Part shown: piece after piece, positions 63,180-64,000 of the stretch
Position numbering within the stretch: position 1 is the stretch's first letter
Layout of the letters: every line of letters starts with the position of its first letter
The notes under the pieces: model-generated
What the model was told of the DNA's origin: nothing
What the model saw: the letters and a program-made list of their open reading frames with translations, nothing else
The model's database searches: none
Virus record (IMG/VR): IMGVR_UViG_3300010403_000705
Coordinates: 310,001 to 374,000 of that record
Reading direction: 5' to 3' (one strand)
Length of the DNA: 64,000 bases
Position numbers and translations under genes: made by a program

Positions 63180-63522
63180 CCCATGTGTATTTGAAGTAAA
63201 TGATTTTTATGTAACATTTAAAAACTCTGATAGTGAAGATGAGGATGACTTATATTCTTTAGCTAGGTCTAAAGATCCGGTGAAGAAAAAAATTGGCCAG
63301 GCTGTTGAAGCTTTAAGTAAAGAATTGCCGGATGATGTATTAGAAGCTGTTTTTGGTGATCATTGTGATGTAGTTGCTACACCAGATAAATTTTCTGTAA
63401 CAGAATGTGAGCACGATTAAGAAATCTTGATATATAAAAGCTTGGGATAGGTTATTAGTAAATGTAAATATTTCCCCTCCTTTTCTATTTACATTTATAG
63501 ATGCCAGTAATTTATCCCATCT

Positions 63523-63606
63523 GGGCAGGTGGCGAAACTGGTAGACGCAGCGTGCTTAAAACTCGCCGGATTAATCTCCGTAAGGGTTCGAATCCCTTCT
63601 TGCCCA
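63523..63606 (+). tRNA. tRNA-Leu(TAA)
   Basis: GGGCAGG/CTTGCCC, A73; D arm GCG-AAACTGGTAGA-CGC; loop CTTAAAA; long V arm CGGA/TCCG; T arm AAGGG-TTCGAAT-CCCTT; CCA not encoded. Confidence 0.9.
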
Positions 63607-64000
63607 CTTATTCTTAATTTATTATTTTAAAGTAATCGAGTTTATAATGAAAAAAGTTATTGATTTTACTGATTGTAATATCAAGGATTGTAGACATCCC
63701 GAACACAACCCTCCTAATATGATTGTTTTATCCCCAGGCGTTTATGAGCATAAATGCCCTCATTGTGGGCAACTACAACGAGTTATTATTCCATTAAAGC
63801 CAAGATTGTAAATATACTATGTATGAAACTAATTTAGCTGCCGTGCGACAATCCAAGCACCAAGAATTAAATAGTGGTGCTTATCCACTTGCTTCAGAAA
63901 GTGGAATGAAGATTAATCTGATCCTTGATCAGATCAATACCACTGCCCCAGCAATTTCTTTAGATCCTAGTGAATTAGGTGATATTATTACTGCACATGG

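Noticed and set aside
1-64000. Stop-codon reassignment (alternative genetic code)
   Set aside because: Known enzymes are full-length in the standard code, TAA/TAG/TGA all end genes, and no suppressor anticodon was seen

Overview
AT-rich (roughly one-third GC by eye), gene-dense segment of a large (probably jumbo) bacteriophage genome. It is almost entirely + strand, uses the standard code, and has no virion-structural or replisome genes, so it reads as an accessory/host-takeover region. Two themes stand out. (1) A greatly expanded phiEco32-type peptide/amide-ligation toolkit: four COOH-NH2 ligase type 2 paralogs (one degenerate), an ATP-grasp ligase, an amidoligase with a LysM domain inserted in its catalytic core, two class II glutamine amidotransferases and two gamma-glutamylcyclotransferases. 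(2) A set of abnormal tRNA-scaffold RNAs found by manual folding. These are a tRNA-Val(AAC) with a ~125-nt structured D-loop insert, a tRNA body with a 120-nt structured domain replacing the anticodon loop, a circularly permuted (Y RNA/YrlA-like) tRNA-like element, and further aberrant tRNAs. Four of them have a 230-310 nt structured non-coding region upstream. The same window encodes RtcB, an Rnl2-type RNA ligase, a HAD RNA-repair-type phosphatase, two metallophosphoesterases, a putative nucleotidyltransferase and a stand-alone IleRS C-terminal module. Other genes include prs, a CinA/NadD-like fusion, a YjjX-like NTPase, a Mesh1/SpoT-like HD hydrolase, family-4 UDG, a radical SAM protein, a divergent peptide deformylase, a LAGLIDADG endonuclease and a myxobacterial-style Cys-rich lipoprotein that hints at a Myxococcota host. 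All calls come from motif recognition and hand folding; no searches were run.
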